The notes: generated from the letters alone by a model not told the origin. Shown: positions 1 to 10,159, numbered from the stretch's first letter. The stretch: 32,000 nt of DNA from Desulfobulbus propionicus DSM 2032 (GCF_000186885.1 NC_014972.1:2250001-2282000), one strand, 5' to 3'. Numbers and translations are program-made.

Positions 1-221
1 TCCAGGCAACCAAAGATCCAGGCGTTTGGCTGGTGTATGGGGGATGTCTGCTGATGCTGATCGGTCTGTACATCGCCTTTTTCCTGTCGCACCGCAAACT
101 GTATGCCTTTGTCGAAGGCGAAGGAAACGGCTGCCGCATCCTTTTCGCTGGTGAAGCCAATAAAAACAAGGTAGGTTTTGAGAATACTTTTTCAGAGCTT
201 ATCAATACCTTACAGAAATAA
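1..221 (+). CDS. resB: Cytochrome c biogenesis protein ResB/Ccs1 (system II), C-terminal fragment; 5' end outside window
   Basis: Frame 3 is open from base 3 to the TAA at 219-221. The tail ...DPGVWLVYGGCLLMLIGLYIAFFLSHRKLY... is a terminal TM helix plus basic tail as in ResB/Ccs1. It lies directly upstream of ccsA, the usual system II order. Confidence 0.6.
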   Translation, partial: QATKDPGVWLVYGGCLLMLIGLYIAFFLSHRKLYAFVEGEGNGCRILFAGEANKNKVGFENTFSELINTLQK

Positions 222-272
222 TTCAGTTTCGGCGCCCCTTTCCCGGGCATTCTCTCTGGTATCGAGTCGACT

Positions 273-1121
273 ATGGACAGTTCTCAACTTTTTGGCGTGA
301 CCATGATGGCCTATATCCTGGCCGCCGCCTTTTACCTCGGGTTGTTTCTCTTTAAAAGCAAGCGCATGGGACTGATCGGCCTGTTGCTGGCGATCGGCGG
401 CCTCCTGGTGCAGACCGTGGCCATCGGCTTGCGCTGGCACGAGTCCTACCAGATGGGCGTCGGCCATGCGCCGCTGACTAACATGTATGAATCGCTGATC
501 TTTTTCGCTTGGTGCACCACCCTGTTTTATCTTGGCCTGGAGTTTCGCTTCAAGACGAGGGTGATGGGGGCCTTTGTAATGCCCTGTGTGGCCATGGCCA
601 TGGCCTACGCCTCGCTGTCCGATCGAATCGACGACCAAATCAGCCCATTGATTCCGGCCTTGCAATCGAATTGGCTGATCGCCCACGTGGTCACCTGTTT
701 CATCGGCTATGGCGCTTTTGTGGTGGCCGGTGGTTTGGGGATGATGTATCTGCTCAAGCAATCCGTGTCGAACACCCCCCAGAAGGCCTCACTGTTCGAT
801 GCCTTGCCGGCATTGAAGGTGATCGACGATCTAACCCATAAAACCATTGTCTTCGGCTTCATCTGGCTGACGGCGGGGATCATCACCGGCGCCATCTGGG
901 CGAACGAGGCCTGGGGTACCTACTGGAGTTGGGATCCCAAGGAAACCTGGTCGATCATCACCTGGTTTCTGTATGCCTCAACCCTGCATGCCCGGTTCAC
1001 CCGGGGCTGGCGGGGACGACGCATCGCCTGGTTGGCCATTCTCGGACTTTTCGCCGTCTTTTTCACCTACTTTGGCGTGAATTTTCTTCTCTCCGGCCTG
1101 CACAGCTACGGTTCGGTGTGA
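273..1121 (+). CDS. ccsA: Cytochrome c biogenesis heme-handling protein CcsA/ResC (system II)
   Basis: 282-aa polytopic membrane ORF carrying the Trp-rich heme-handling motif WGTYWSWDPKETWSIITW. It follows resB. Confidence 0.9.
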   Translation: MDSSQLFGVTMMAYILAAAFYLGLFLFKSKRMGLIGLLLAIGGLLVQTVAIGLRWHESYQMGVGHAPLTNMYESLIFFAWCTTLFYLGLEFRFKTRVMGAFVMPCVAMAMAYASLSDRIDDQISPLIPALQSNWLIAHVVTCFIGYGAFVVAGGLGMMYLLKQSVSNTPQKASLFDALPALKVIDDLTHKTIVFGFIWLTAGIITGAIWANEAWGTYWSWDPKETWSIITWFLYASTLHARFTRGWRGRRIAWLAILGLFAVFFTYFGVNFLLSGLHSYGSV

Positions 1122-1164
1122 GCACGCCAGCGACCTCGCAGGGTCGCACGACTCCCCTGGAGGC

Positions 1165-1194
1165 TTGACAAACAACCCGGCGGCGAGCTATACA
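1165..1194 (+). promoter_or_regulatory. Candidate sigma-70 promoter for the cytochrome c3 gene
   Basis: TTGACA (1165-1170), 18-bp spacer, TATACA (1189-1194). Located about 70 nt upstream of the ATG at 1264, in the ccsA-c3 intergenic region. Confidence 0.45.
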
Positions 1195-1263
1195 TTTTCG
1201 CAGCGGTTATCCTGTGGTTGTCATGAATAACATTTCAAGAATATTGAAAGAAGGAGGAGGAGC

Positions 1264-1656
1264 ATGAAAAAATGGCTTGCTTGCGGAGCTGTCCTGGCGG
1301 TTTGTTGCGCACCTTGCCTGATGGGCATCGCACAGGCCGCCGACAACGGCCCGGCGGAAATCACCCTGCAGTCCACCATTGATCCGGCCAAGACCCCGAA
1401 ACCGGCACAATTTCCCCATGCGGCCCATCAAAGCCGGTTGGAATGCAAGACCTGCCATCACAGCAAGGGGGCCGATGGCAAACGCATTTCCTATGAGGAA
1501 GGACAAAAGATCGAAAAATGCGAGACGTGCCACAACAGCAAGGCCGGTATGCCGGAAAAGCTTGGCACCTTTAAAAACGCGGCCCATGCCCTGTGTCAGG
1601 ACTGCCACAAAAAGAACAAGCCGGAACTGGCGAAATGCACGGTTTGCCATAAATAA
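1264..1656 (+). CDS. Periplasmic tetraheme cytochrome c3 (class III)
   Basis: Strong SD (AAGGAGGAGGAGC before the ATG) and an N-terminal signal peptide (...CLMGIAQAAD). Four CXXCH motifs (CKTCH, CETCH, CQDCH, CTVCH) plus extra His ligands in about 105 mature residues. Confidence 0.9.
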   Translation: MKKWLACGAVLAVCCAPCLMGIAQAADNGPAEITLQSTIDPAKTPKPAQFPHAAHQSRLECKTCHHSKGADGKRISYEEGQKIEKCETCHNSKAGMPEKLGTFKNAAHALCQDCHKKNKPELAKCTVCHK

Positions 1657-1692
1657 GGCAAGAAACTGGATCGTTTTGCCTGTTGCCCAACG

Positions 1693-1740
1693 GCCCAACA
1701 AAAAAGGCTGCCCGAAACCGGGCAGCCTTTTTTGTTGGGC
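1693..1740. terminator. Bidirectional rho-independent terminator between convergent c3 and glyS
   Basis: Perfect 22-bp inverted repeat gcccaacaaaaaaggctgcccg / cgggcagccttttttgttgggc around an aaac loop. The GC core stem ggctgcccg/cgggcagcc is flanked by an A-run and a T-run, so it reads as a terminator on both strands. Confidence 0.85.
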
Positions 1741-1781
1741 CTGTTCACATGACGGGGTCAGACAATCGCCTCCTTGGCCGC

Positions 1782-3866
1782 TCACCCTTCCTTCTCGACA
1801 TGCATCCGGGAAATATCACCGACGCGAAGAACCAACTCGCCCAGCGCGGTGAGCAAATTAAGCCGGTTCTGCCGAACCGCTTCGTCCTCGGCCATGACCA
1901 TGACCTTGTCAAAAAATCGGTCGACCGGTTCCTTCATTTCCAGCATCTCCAACAGGGCGGGTTGATATTCCCGTTGTTCGATCATTGGCCACGCCTTTTC
2001 CCGTACCCTGTTCAACGCGGCAAACAACTCTTGTTCGGCGGGCTCTGTCAGCAGGTCCGTGTTGATCGCGGTGGCTTTGTTCTTCTTGACAATATTACGT
2101 ATCCGTTTGAACGAACCCGCCAAAACGCGAAAACTTTCCTGCGTGCGGATTTGATCGAGGGCGGCGATGCGTCGCAGACAGTCAACCGGATTGTCACAGC
2201 CCACGGAGGTTGCCGCTTCCACCAGTTCCTGGGGCAAGCCAGCGGCAATTTGCTCGTTTTCGAAACGAAGGCGGATGAAGGAGAGTACCTCGTCGAGCAC
2301 CTCGGGATTCTGGGCGACAACGCCCTCGTATCCCTGCAGGGCTGCGGCTGCCACTTCCCCAAGGGAAAGGGACAGATTGCATCCCTTGATCACGTTGATC
2401 AAGCCGATGGCCTGGCGTCTGAGGCCAAAGGCATCCTTGTTGCCGGTGGGTTTCTCGCCGATGGCGAAACACCCGACCAGGGTATCCATGCGGTCGGCGA
2501 TCCCAACCAGGGCGCCGAGCAGTGATTGGGGTAATTCACCGCCGGCCCGAAGTGGTAGATAGTGCTCCTCGATAGCCTGGGCCACTTCCGCTTTTTCCCC
2601 GTCATGCAACGCATAAACCCGCCCCATGATCCCCTGCAGGGTGGGAAATTCCCCGACCATGGCGGTGAGCAGATCGGCTTTGGCCAAGCGGGCGGCACGA
2701 ATCGCGTCGTGCTCCAGTTCGGGAGCGATTTTGCCGGCCAGCGCGACGGCAAGACGGGTAATCCGTTCGCTCTTGGCCGCCATTGTTCCCAGTTTGTTCT
2801 GGAAAACAATACCGCTCAACTCGGCACAACGGTCGGCAAGCGGCCGCTTCCGATCCTCATGGAAGAAGAAGAGCCCGTCTTCCAACCGTGCCCGCAGCAC
2901 CCGTTCATGGCCGCTGGCAGCAAGGGCGACATCCTCGATCCTGGTGTTGTTGACCGCGACGAAAAGGGGCAGGAGTTTTCCCTCCTTGTCCGTCACCGGA
3001 AAGTATTTCTGATGCTCGCGCATCGAGGTCACCAGGGTTTCCTCGGGTAATTGAAGAAATTTGCGTTCAAAATGGCCGCAAACCCCATACGGGTATTCCA
3101 CCAGATTGGTCACCGTGTCCAGCAATCCCTCGTGGAGGATGGGCTGGGCATCCGGATTTCCCGCCCCCTCGCGCACCGCCCGCTGTATTTCCTCAATCAC
3201 CTTGGCTCGCCGCTGAACCGGATCGACCAGGACAAAATGTTCAGCCAGCTTGGTCAGATACTCGTCAATGCCTCCGACCTCGAATTCCGCCGGCGCCATA
3301 AACCGGTGTCCCCGGGTGGTGCGGCCGCAGCCGACCCCTTCGATCTCGAGCGGCACGCCTTGTCCGTCGTACAGGGCCACGATCCATTGGATTGGCCGGG
3401 CAAAGGCCATATTGTAATCGGCCCAGCGCATGGATTTGGGAAAAACCAGCTCGCGGACGAGCGATTCGAGCAACACGGGCAGCAACGCCGATGTCGCCTG
3501 CCCTTGAACATCCTCAACCACCATCAGGTACTCGCCCTTGGCTGTGGTCACCACCTGCAACGCTTCCGGTTCGCATCCTTTGGAGCGGGCAAAGCCGATC
3601 GCCGCCTTGGTCAGTTTGCCTTCGGCGTCGAAACCCGCCTTTTTGGACGGGCCGATATGTTCCTGCCGGCGATCGGCCTGCCGCGATTGCAGGCGATCAA
3701 TGGTCAAGGTGAGCCGGCGAGGGGTGCCGAAGGTGCGGATGCCTTCAAAGGCAAGATCCAAAGACCGCAATTTTTTGGCGGTACCGGCCGCCAGGGCGTC
3801 AAGAGCCGGTTGAATGTATCCGGCGGGGATTTCTTCTGTTCCGATTTCAAAAAGAAGTTCACTCAT
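1782..3866 (-). CDS. glyS: Glycine--tRNA ligase beta subunit
   Basis: 694 aa. The N-terminus MSELLFEIGTEEIPAGYIQPAL and the overall length are characteristic of bacterial GlyS. Confidence 0.95.
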   Translation of the reverse strand: MSELLFEIGTEEIPAGYIQPALDALAAGTAKKLRSLDLAFEGIRTFGTPRRLTLTIDRLQSRQADRRQEHIGPSKKAGFDAEGKLTKAAIGFARSKGCEPEALQVVTTAKGEYLMVVEDVQGQATSALLPVLLESLVRELVFPKSMRWADYNMAFARPIQWIVALYDGQGVPLEIEGVGCGRTTRGHRFMAPAEFEVGGIDEYLTKLAEHFVLVDPVQRRAKVIEEIQRAVREGAGNPDAQPILHEGLLDTVTNLVEYPYGVCGHFERKFLQLPEETLVTSMREHQKYFPVTDKEGKLLPLFVAVNNTRIEDVALAASGHERVLRARLEDGLFFFHEDRKRPLADRCAELSGIVFQNKLGTMAAKSERITRLAVALAGKIAPELEHDAIRAARLAKADLLTAMVGEFPTLQGIMGRVYALHDGEKAEVAQAIEEHYLPLRAGGELPQSLLGALVGIADRMDTLVGCFAIGEKPTGNKDAFGLRRQAIGLINVIKGCNLSLSLGEVAAAALQGYEGVVAQNPEVLDEVLSFIRLRFENEQIAAGLPQELVEAATSVGCDNPVDCLRRIAALDQIRTQESFRVLAGSFKRIRNIVKKNKATAINTDLLTEPAEQELFAALNRVREKAWPMIEQREYQPALLEMLEMKEPVDRFFDKVMVMAEDEAVRQNRLNLLTALGELVLRVGDISRMHVEKEG

Positions 3867-3931
3867 CGCAGTCTGTACGTGTTGGTTGGGAGAGCATCAT
3901 GCAGGGAAAACCACCTCGTCGCCGGTGTCGT

Positions 3932-4672
3932 TCATCCGCCGGCAACATCGCTTGGAGTGACGCAGGTCCATCCGTTCCCCGTCGATTCAGGCCATTCGGT
4001 GGCGGCAAATGCTGAATACCCGCTGGCAATATTTTTCACAACAACTTTGTACCATTGAAAGGCCTGGGAAGCTTGGAGACCGTCACTGACCCGACTGCAT
4101 ACGGCTTCGACCGTTTCGGCCTGGACCGGTCGCGCAACGACCGCCTCTTCCACCAAGGCAATCAGATCCTCGATCCAAAGAAAAGATTTCATGCGCACGG
4201 CCACCGTCACCATGCCCCACAGCCCGGAAAAGGATGCCGGCGGCTGAGGCCACCCAACCGGCACATCAACTTCGACCACCAAATCCAGTGCGCGGGCAAG
4301 CGAACCGTGAAGCCGGCAGTCATAGCGGTCCATGCCAGGAGATCGCTGCGTCTGTCCGGTACTGCGAAAGTAAGGAAAATCGATTTCAAGATGTGCGGCC
4401 TCGGCATCCAGCCGTTGTTTCATTTCCTCGAGAATCAGGTGGAAGGTTTTGAGGTTGAAGGCTCCGTGAAACTGGTTGAGGATCTCGACAAACCGGCTCA
4501 TGTGGGTTCCCTTGAACCGGTGCGGCAGATTGACATACATGTTCACCCGCGCCACGGTCTGCTGGGTCTTCTTTTCCTTGTCGAGGACAATGATTGGATA
4601 ATGGATGGTCTTGACGCCAACCTTGCGGATATTGATCCGGCGCGAGTCGGGTGAACTCTGGATATCTTTCAT
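3932..4672 (-). CDS. FolE2/MptA-family (GTP cyclohydrolase IB, T-fold) homologue lacking the canonical catalytic motifs
   Basis: The N-terminal half (DIQSSPDSRRINIRKVGVKTIHYPI..., ...FKGTHMSRFVEIL...) matches FolE2. The C-terminal half keeps the beta-strand pattern but not the CPCS, AHNQR or ESIHxH motifs (see findings). Confidence 0.7.
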   Translation of the reverse strand: MKDIQSSPDSRRINIRKVGVKTIHYPIIVLDKEKKTQQTVARVNMYVNLPHRFKGTHMSRFVEILNQFHGAFNLKTFHLILEEMKQRLDAEAAHLEIDFPYFRSTGQTQRSPGMDRYDCRLHGSLARALDLVVEVDVPVGWPQPPASFSGLWGMVTVAVRMKSFLWIEDLIALVEEAVVARPVQAETVEAVCSRVSDGLQASQAFQWYKVVVKNIASGYSAFAATEWPESTGNGWTCVTPSDVAGG

Positions 4673-4732
4673 GGGAAGCGATGCGCTGCTCGGCGATGGA
4701 CGCAGCGCGTTGGTGAAAGGTGGGCGAGGAAA

Positions 4733-5089
4733 TCAGCCGAGGTATTTGCGCACCGTGGCCTTGAGCTCGTCCATGTTGGCCGATTTGACCACATAGGCCT
4801 CGGAGGCCCAACTGCCGAAGTCCTGTTTGTATTCCTGATAGGCGGAGCTGAGGATGACCGGCAAATTGGCTTGCAACTCCTTCATCTGACGCAGCACCTC
4901 GATGCCATTCATTCCCGGCATATTGATGTCCAACACGACCAGATCCGGTGGATTCTCGCGGAATTTAGCCAGAGCCTCGCTGCCATTGTAGGCGGAATCG
5001 ACAATGTACCCTTCGTCCTCGAACTCCTCGCGGTACAACAGCTGGATGCTTTCTTCGTCGTCAACCAGCAAAATACGTTTCTTGTCCAC
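4733..5089 (-). CDS. Single-domain response regulator (CheY-like receiver)
   Basis: 118 aa with the acidic pocket LLVDDE, phospho-acceptor context DLVVLDINMPGMNG, and conserved S (ILSSAY) and K (VVKSA). No output domain. Confidence 0.9.
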   Translation of the reverse strand: MDKKRILLVDDEESIQLLYREEFEDEGYIVDSAYNGSEALAKFRENPPDLVVLDINMPGMNGIEVLRQMKELQANLPVILSSAYQEYKQDFGSWASEAYVVKSANMDELKATVRKYLG

Positions 5090-5098
5090 AGGCTCCTC

Positions 5099-6097
5099 CT
5101 ACAGGTTCACCTCGCGAAGGTAACGGCATGTTTCCTCCGGTGGCATGGGGTTGATGTAGAATCCTGTCCCCCACTCAAAACCGGCAATTGAGGTCAATTT
5201 GGGCACGATCTCGAAATGCCAGTGATAGTGCTCCAACGGCCCGGAACGCAGCGGTTGTGTATGAAGAACGAAATTGTACGGCACATGGGGAATGCAGGTG
5301 TCTAGACGGCGCAGGGTCTCGGAGAAGATTTCGGCCAGCGCGATCAACGAGCTGTCATCCTGTTCGATGTAGGAAGAATTATGATATCGCGGCATCACCC
5401 ACATCTCGAACGGGGAGCGGGGCGCAAAGGGGGTTACGGTCACGAACTGCTCGTTTTCACAGACCAGGCGGACCTTTTGCTGGATTTCCTGGCGGATGAT
5501 GTCGCAAAAAACGCATCGGTCCTTGTATTTGAAATAGGAAAGACTGCCGTCCAGTTCAGAGGTGACCATGCGCGGCAGGATGGGCAGGGCCACCAATTGG
5601 GAATGAGAGTGTTCCAGGGAGGCGCCAGCAGCTCTGCCAAAATTTTTGAACACAACCACGTAATTAAAACGGCTGTCCTTGGACAGGTCGCGAATCCGGT
5701 CGCGAAAGGCCCGAAAGGTCAGGAGCATGTCATGCGGCGGCAGATGGGAGAAGCGGTCCTGATGGTTGGGGCTTTCAATGATGACTTCATGGGCGCCGAT
5801 CCCGTTCATCCGGTCATACAGCCCCTCCCCCTGCTTGTCGAGATTGCCTTCGATGATCAGGGCTGGATATTTGTTCGGCACCACTCGCAGTTTCCACCCG
5901 GCAGTATTGGGAGAGCCCCACTCGCGACCATAGACCAAAACCTCGTCCGGAGTGGTTTTTTCATTGCCAGGGCATAAGGGGCAAAACCCTCCCTTGACCT
6001 TGAATTCCTCCACCAAAAAATCGGTGGGCCGTTTTCCCCGCTCCTGGGCAATGATGATCCACCGGCCTAGAATCGGGTCCTTGCGTAATTCAGGCAT
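5099..6097 (-). CDS. galT: Galactose-1-phosphate uridylyltransferase family (GalT-type HIT nucleotidyltransferase)
   Basis: 332 aa with N-terminus ELRKDPILGRWIIIA, Zn motif FCPLCPGNE and active-site HSHSQ (HxHxQ). Confidence 0.8.
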   Translation of the reverse strand: MPELRKDPILGRWIIIAQERGKRPTDFLVEEFKVKGGFCPLCPGNEKTTPDEVLVYGREWGSPNTAGWKLRVVPNKYPALIIEGNLDKQGEGLYDRMNGIGAHEVIIESPNHQDRFSHLPPHDMLLTFRAFRDRIRDLSKDSRFNYVVVFKNFGRAAGASLEHSHSQLVALPILPRMVTSELDGSLSYFKYKDRCVFCDIIRQEIQQKVRLVCENEQFVTVTPFAPRSPFEMWVMPRYHNSSYIEQDDSSLIALAEIFSETLRRLDTCIPHVPYNFVLHTQPLRSGPLEHYHWHFEIVPKLTSIAGFEWGTGFYINPMPPEETCRYLREVNL

Positions 6098-6103
6098 ACC
6101 CCT

Positions 6104-6472
6104 CTACCTACCTTGCTCTTTTTCCCGCTGCTCCTGACGGGTCTTGCAGTCGATACAGAATTTGGCCACCGGCCGTGCCTGCAATCGCTTGATCGCGATC
6201 TCCTCGCCGCAACCGGCGCAGATACCATAGGTGCCCTCTTCGATCCGTGCGAGTGCCTCGTCCACCTTATCCATCAGTTTGCGTTCTCTGCCCCGGATGC
6301 GCAGTTCGAAACTCCGATCGGATTCCATGGTCGCCCGGTCGTTCGGATCGGGAATATTGCCCGTTTGACTGGTCATCTCGGTGAGGGTCTGCTCGACATC
6401 GGTGTTGATCTCGGCCTTCATCGCTTCAAGCTGTTCCTTAAACCGCTGCAACTCCTTTTCATCCATGCTCAT
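6104..6472 (-). CDS. dksA: RNA polymerase-binding transcription factor DksA (DksA/TraR C4 zinc finger)
   Basis: 122 aa. Coiled-coil region with tip motif DPNDRA (DxxDxA). C-terminal CAGCGEEI...CIDCK four-Cys zinc finger. Confidence 0.85.
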   Translation of the reverse strand: MSMDEKELQRFKEQLEAMKAEINTDVEQTLTEMTSQTGNIPDPNDRATMESDRSFELRIRGRERKLMDKVDEALARIEEGTYGICAGCGEEIAIKRLQARPVAKFCIDCKTRQEQREKEQGR

Positions 6473-6509
6473 TCTCCAACAGGGTGGTTCTTACGATTCG
6501 TTCACTCTC

Positions 6510-7004
6510 TCAGGGGACAGCAGGCCGAACAAACAACCCACTCTTTCCGCCGCTTTTGCGCAACAAGCAAATGTCGGAAATCACCATGCTCTTGTCGATC
6601 GCCTTGCACATATCATAGATCGTCAGCGCCGCAACACTAACCGCTGTCAACGCTTCCATTTCCACCCCGGTCCTGCCGGTCATGGAAACCGTCGCTTCTA
6701 TCTGGATCGAACACTGTTGATCGTCAAAGGAAAAGACGATGTCCGCCGCGGTGATCATCAGCGGATGACAAAGAGGGATCAGCTGGTCCACCTTTTTAGC
6801 GGCCATGATCCCAGCGATCCTGGCCACGCCTAGCACATCGCCCTTTTTCATCGAACCCTTGCGGACCATGTCAAAGGCTTGCCGCGACAGGGTGACGGTT
6901 CCGGCTGCAATCGCCTGCCGGACCGTTTCGCCTTTTTCGCTGACATCGACCATGCGGGCGTTGCCACTGGCGTCAAAGTGGGTGAATTGCGCCTGCTCAG
7001 ACAT
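6510..7004 (-). CDS. moaC: Cyclic pyranopterin monophosphate synthase MoaC
   Basis: 164 aa: LTHFD-like start ([18 protein letters not shown]), ...[18 protein letters not shown]...IPLCHPL... Its ATG overlaps the dnaJ stop by 8 nt (ATGTCTGA). Confidence 0.9.
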   Translation of the reverse strand: MSEQAQFTHFDASGNARMVDVSEKGETVRQAIAAGTVTLSRQAFDMVRKGSMKKGDVLGVARIAGIMAAKKVDQLIPLCHPLMITAADIVFSFDDQQCSIQIEATVSMTGRTGVEMEALTAVSVAALTIYDMCKAIDKSMVISDICLLRKSGGKSGLFVRPAVP

Positions 7005-8154
7005 TGGCTACCTTTTCCGATGCTTCACTTTTTTTCTTTTGCTTCCCCAGTGAACCATGAAACAACCGGGCAAAGAACCCTTCTTCCTCGTGTTCCTTGC
7101 TCAAGGCATCGAACTCACGCAGCAATTCTTTCTGCTCCTTGGTCAATTTCACCGGCGTCTGCACCTGCACCTCGACCACCATGTCTCCCTTGCCGCCGCC
7201 CCGCAAGCTGGCAACACCCTCTCCGCGCAGGACGAACCGTTCTCCGGACTGGGTTCCCGCCGGGATTTTCAGTTTGGACGTGCCGTGAATGGTCGGAACC
7301 TCGGCCTCGCAGCCAAGGGCTGCCCGGACCATGGACACCGGCAGCCGCAGGTAGATCGTCTGGCCGTCACGCTGAAAGTGCTCATGCTCATCCACATGAA
7401 TCACCACATACAGATCTCCGGAAGGTCCACCCCGTCGACCGCCCTCGCCCTCGCCGGAAAGCCGCATCCGCGAGCCGGTATCAACCCCGGCGGGGATGCG
7501 AATGGAAACTTTCTTGGTCCGGTTGACCAGTCCTTCGCCATGACAGTCGTTGCACGGATCGGTGATGATCTGGCCGGCACCGTTGCAGTGTGGACAGGTG
7601 GTGGTCACCTGAAAAAAGCCCTGGGAACGAATGACCTGGCCCCGGCCGTGGCAGCTTGGGCAGACCTGGGGTTTATGCCCGGGACGGGCTCCCGAGCCCT
7701 CGCAGGTCCAGCAGGTTTCTCGCTTGGTCACTTCCACCTGCCGGGTAACGCCGTGGACCGCCTCCATGAAGGAAATCCGGATGTCGTAGCGAAGATCCTC
7801 GCCCTGAACCGGGGCATTGGGATCCCGACGCCGACCGCGGGTTCCACCGCCGAAGCCGAACAGGTCGCCGAACAGGTCGTTGATGTGCGAAAAAATATCC
7901 TCGCTGTTGCCCGGCCCGCTGTAGCCGCTGTTCCGCAGCCCCTCCTTTCCGTAGGTATCATAAATCCTGCGCTTTTGCAGGTCACTGAGCACTTCGTAGG
8001 CTTCGGCAGCCTCCTTGAATCTTTCTTCGGCTTCGGGATTGTCCTGATTGCGATCAGGATGATACTTCATCGCCAGCTTGCGATAGGCCTTCTTAATGGC
8101 CTCGGCCGAAGCATCCTTGCCGACACCGAGAATTTCGTAATAACTCTTGCTCAT
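6997..8154 (-). CDS. dnaJ: Molecular chaperone DnaJ (type I Hsp40)
   Basis: J-domain with HPD (YYEILGV...KYHPDRN), G/F region ([10 protein letters not shown]) and four CXXCXGXG zinc motifs ([32 protein letters not shown]). ATG at 8154 is preferred over the upstream TTG at 8166. Confidence 0.9.
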   Translation of the reverse strand: MSKSYYEILGVGKDASAEAIKKAYRKLAMKYHPDRNQDNPEAEERFKEAAEAYEVLSDLQKRRIYDTYGKEGLRNSGYSGPGNSEDIFSHINDLFGDLFGFGGGTRGRRRDPNAPVQGEDLRYDIRISFMEAVHGVTRQVEVTKRETCWTCEGSGARPGHKPQVCPSCHGRGQVIRSQGFFQVTTTCPHCNGAGQIITDPCNDCHGEGLVNRTKKVSIRIPAGVDTGSRMRLSGEGEGGRRGGPSGDLYVVIHVDEHEHFQRDGQTIYLRLPVSMVRAALGCEAEVPTIHGTSKLKIPAGTQSGERFVLRGEGVASLRGGGKGDMVVEVQVQTPVKLTKEQKELLREFDALSKEHEEEGFFARLFHGSLGKQKKKSEASEKVANV

Positions 8155-8175
8155 AGCCCGTTGCAATTTGCGGTG

Positions 8176-8445
8176 TTATTCTTCAGCATTGTCTTCTTCA
8201 ACCACGGTTTCCGCAGCCTTTTGATCCGCCTTCCGCTGCTTGGGAAGCTCGTGGATATTGTCAAAGGTGACCTTGCCGGCAGCGATTTCCCGCAGGGTCA
8301 TGACAATTTCCTTGTTCTTGCCGGCGACAAGAAACGGTTCTCCCTTGCGATGCTGGCGAATGCGTTCAACCGCCAGGTGAATCAGGGAAAAACGATTATC
8401 ATCGCCAACTTTTCCCAGACAATCTTCTACTGTGATGCGAGCCAT
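8176..8445 (-). CDS. rpoZ: DNA-directed RNA polymerase omega subunit
   Basis: [31 protein letters not shown]... is the RpoZ signature. The internal ATG at 8445 is preceded by GGAGG (8456-8460); the longer ORF to 8520 is rejected. Confidence 0.9.
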   Translation of the reverse strand: MARITVEDCLGKVGDDNRFSLIHLAVERIRQHRKGEPFLVAGKNKEIVMTLREIAAGKVTFDNIHELPKQRKADQKAAETVVEEDNAEE

Positions 8446-8464
8446 GCTGTGTCTGCCTCCATGG

Positions 8465-8496
8465 AATAAAAATCCCGGAGAGAACAACCTCCGGGA
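8465..8496 (-). terminator. Terminator-like hairpin downstream of purA, abutting the rpoZ RBS
   Basis: Minus strand reads tcccggag-gttgttct-ctccggga followed by tttttatt. That is an 8-bp GC-rich stem plus T-run, and the T-run runs straight into the rpoZ SD. Confidence 0.5.
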
Positions 8497-8622
8497 GTGT
8501 ATAACGTGCCGCCCTGGCACCCCGTGCTCGTTTGCTCAAGAAACCTGACAACGAGGGCGTGGCGATTATTCAATAATCATTCTCCGCGAATTAACAAGAC
8601 CTCCACGGAGCTCCCGGTGGAT

Positions 8623-9975
<1,353 letters not shown>

Positions 9976-10012
9976 TCAATGAACGCTCAACCGTTTTGCA
10001 AACCTGACTAAT

Positions 10013-10159
10013 CTAGCAGAAAGCCGATAAAAAGTCAAACCGACGCCAGCCCCCTGCCGCCGCAACCCCAAAAGATACCAGCAAAAAAAATATGAAAAAA
10101 AGCGTGGCCCCAAGGACGGATCGCAATCGGGCCCCTTCAACCACCGGGAGAAATTTCAT
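10013..10159 (-). CDS. Possible small hydrophobic protein (48 aa), unannotated-type sORF
   Basis: The ATG at 10159 is preceded by AGAGG about 8 nt upstream. The product MKFLPVVEGARLRSVLGATLFFIFFLLVSFGVAAAGGWRRFDFLSAFC has one clear TM helix. There is no homology evidence and it lies in an AT-richer spacer between nrfA and purA. Confidence 0.2.
   Translation of the reverse strand: MKFLPVVEGARLRSVLGATLFFIFFLLVSFGVAAAGGWRRFDFLSAFC

Noticed and set aside
7057-8469. 470-aa plus-strand ORF; likewise 10213-11838 (541 aa) and 19322-20731 (469 aa)
   Set aside because: These are antisense to dnaJ/rpoZ, nrfA and the PFK-2/FBPase-2 gene respectively. They have no recognisable motifs, while the opposite strand has definitive ones.
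8515-8541. TGGCAC...TTTGC resembling a sigma-54 promoter on the plus strand
   Set aside because: The GG-to-GC spacing is 8 or 16 nt rather than 10. No plus-strand gene lies downstream, because purA is on the opposite strand.
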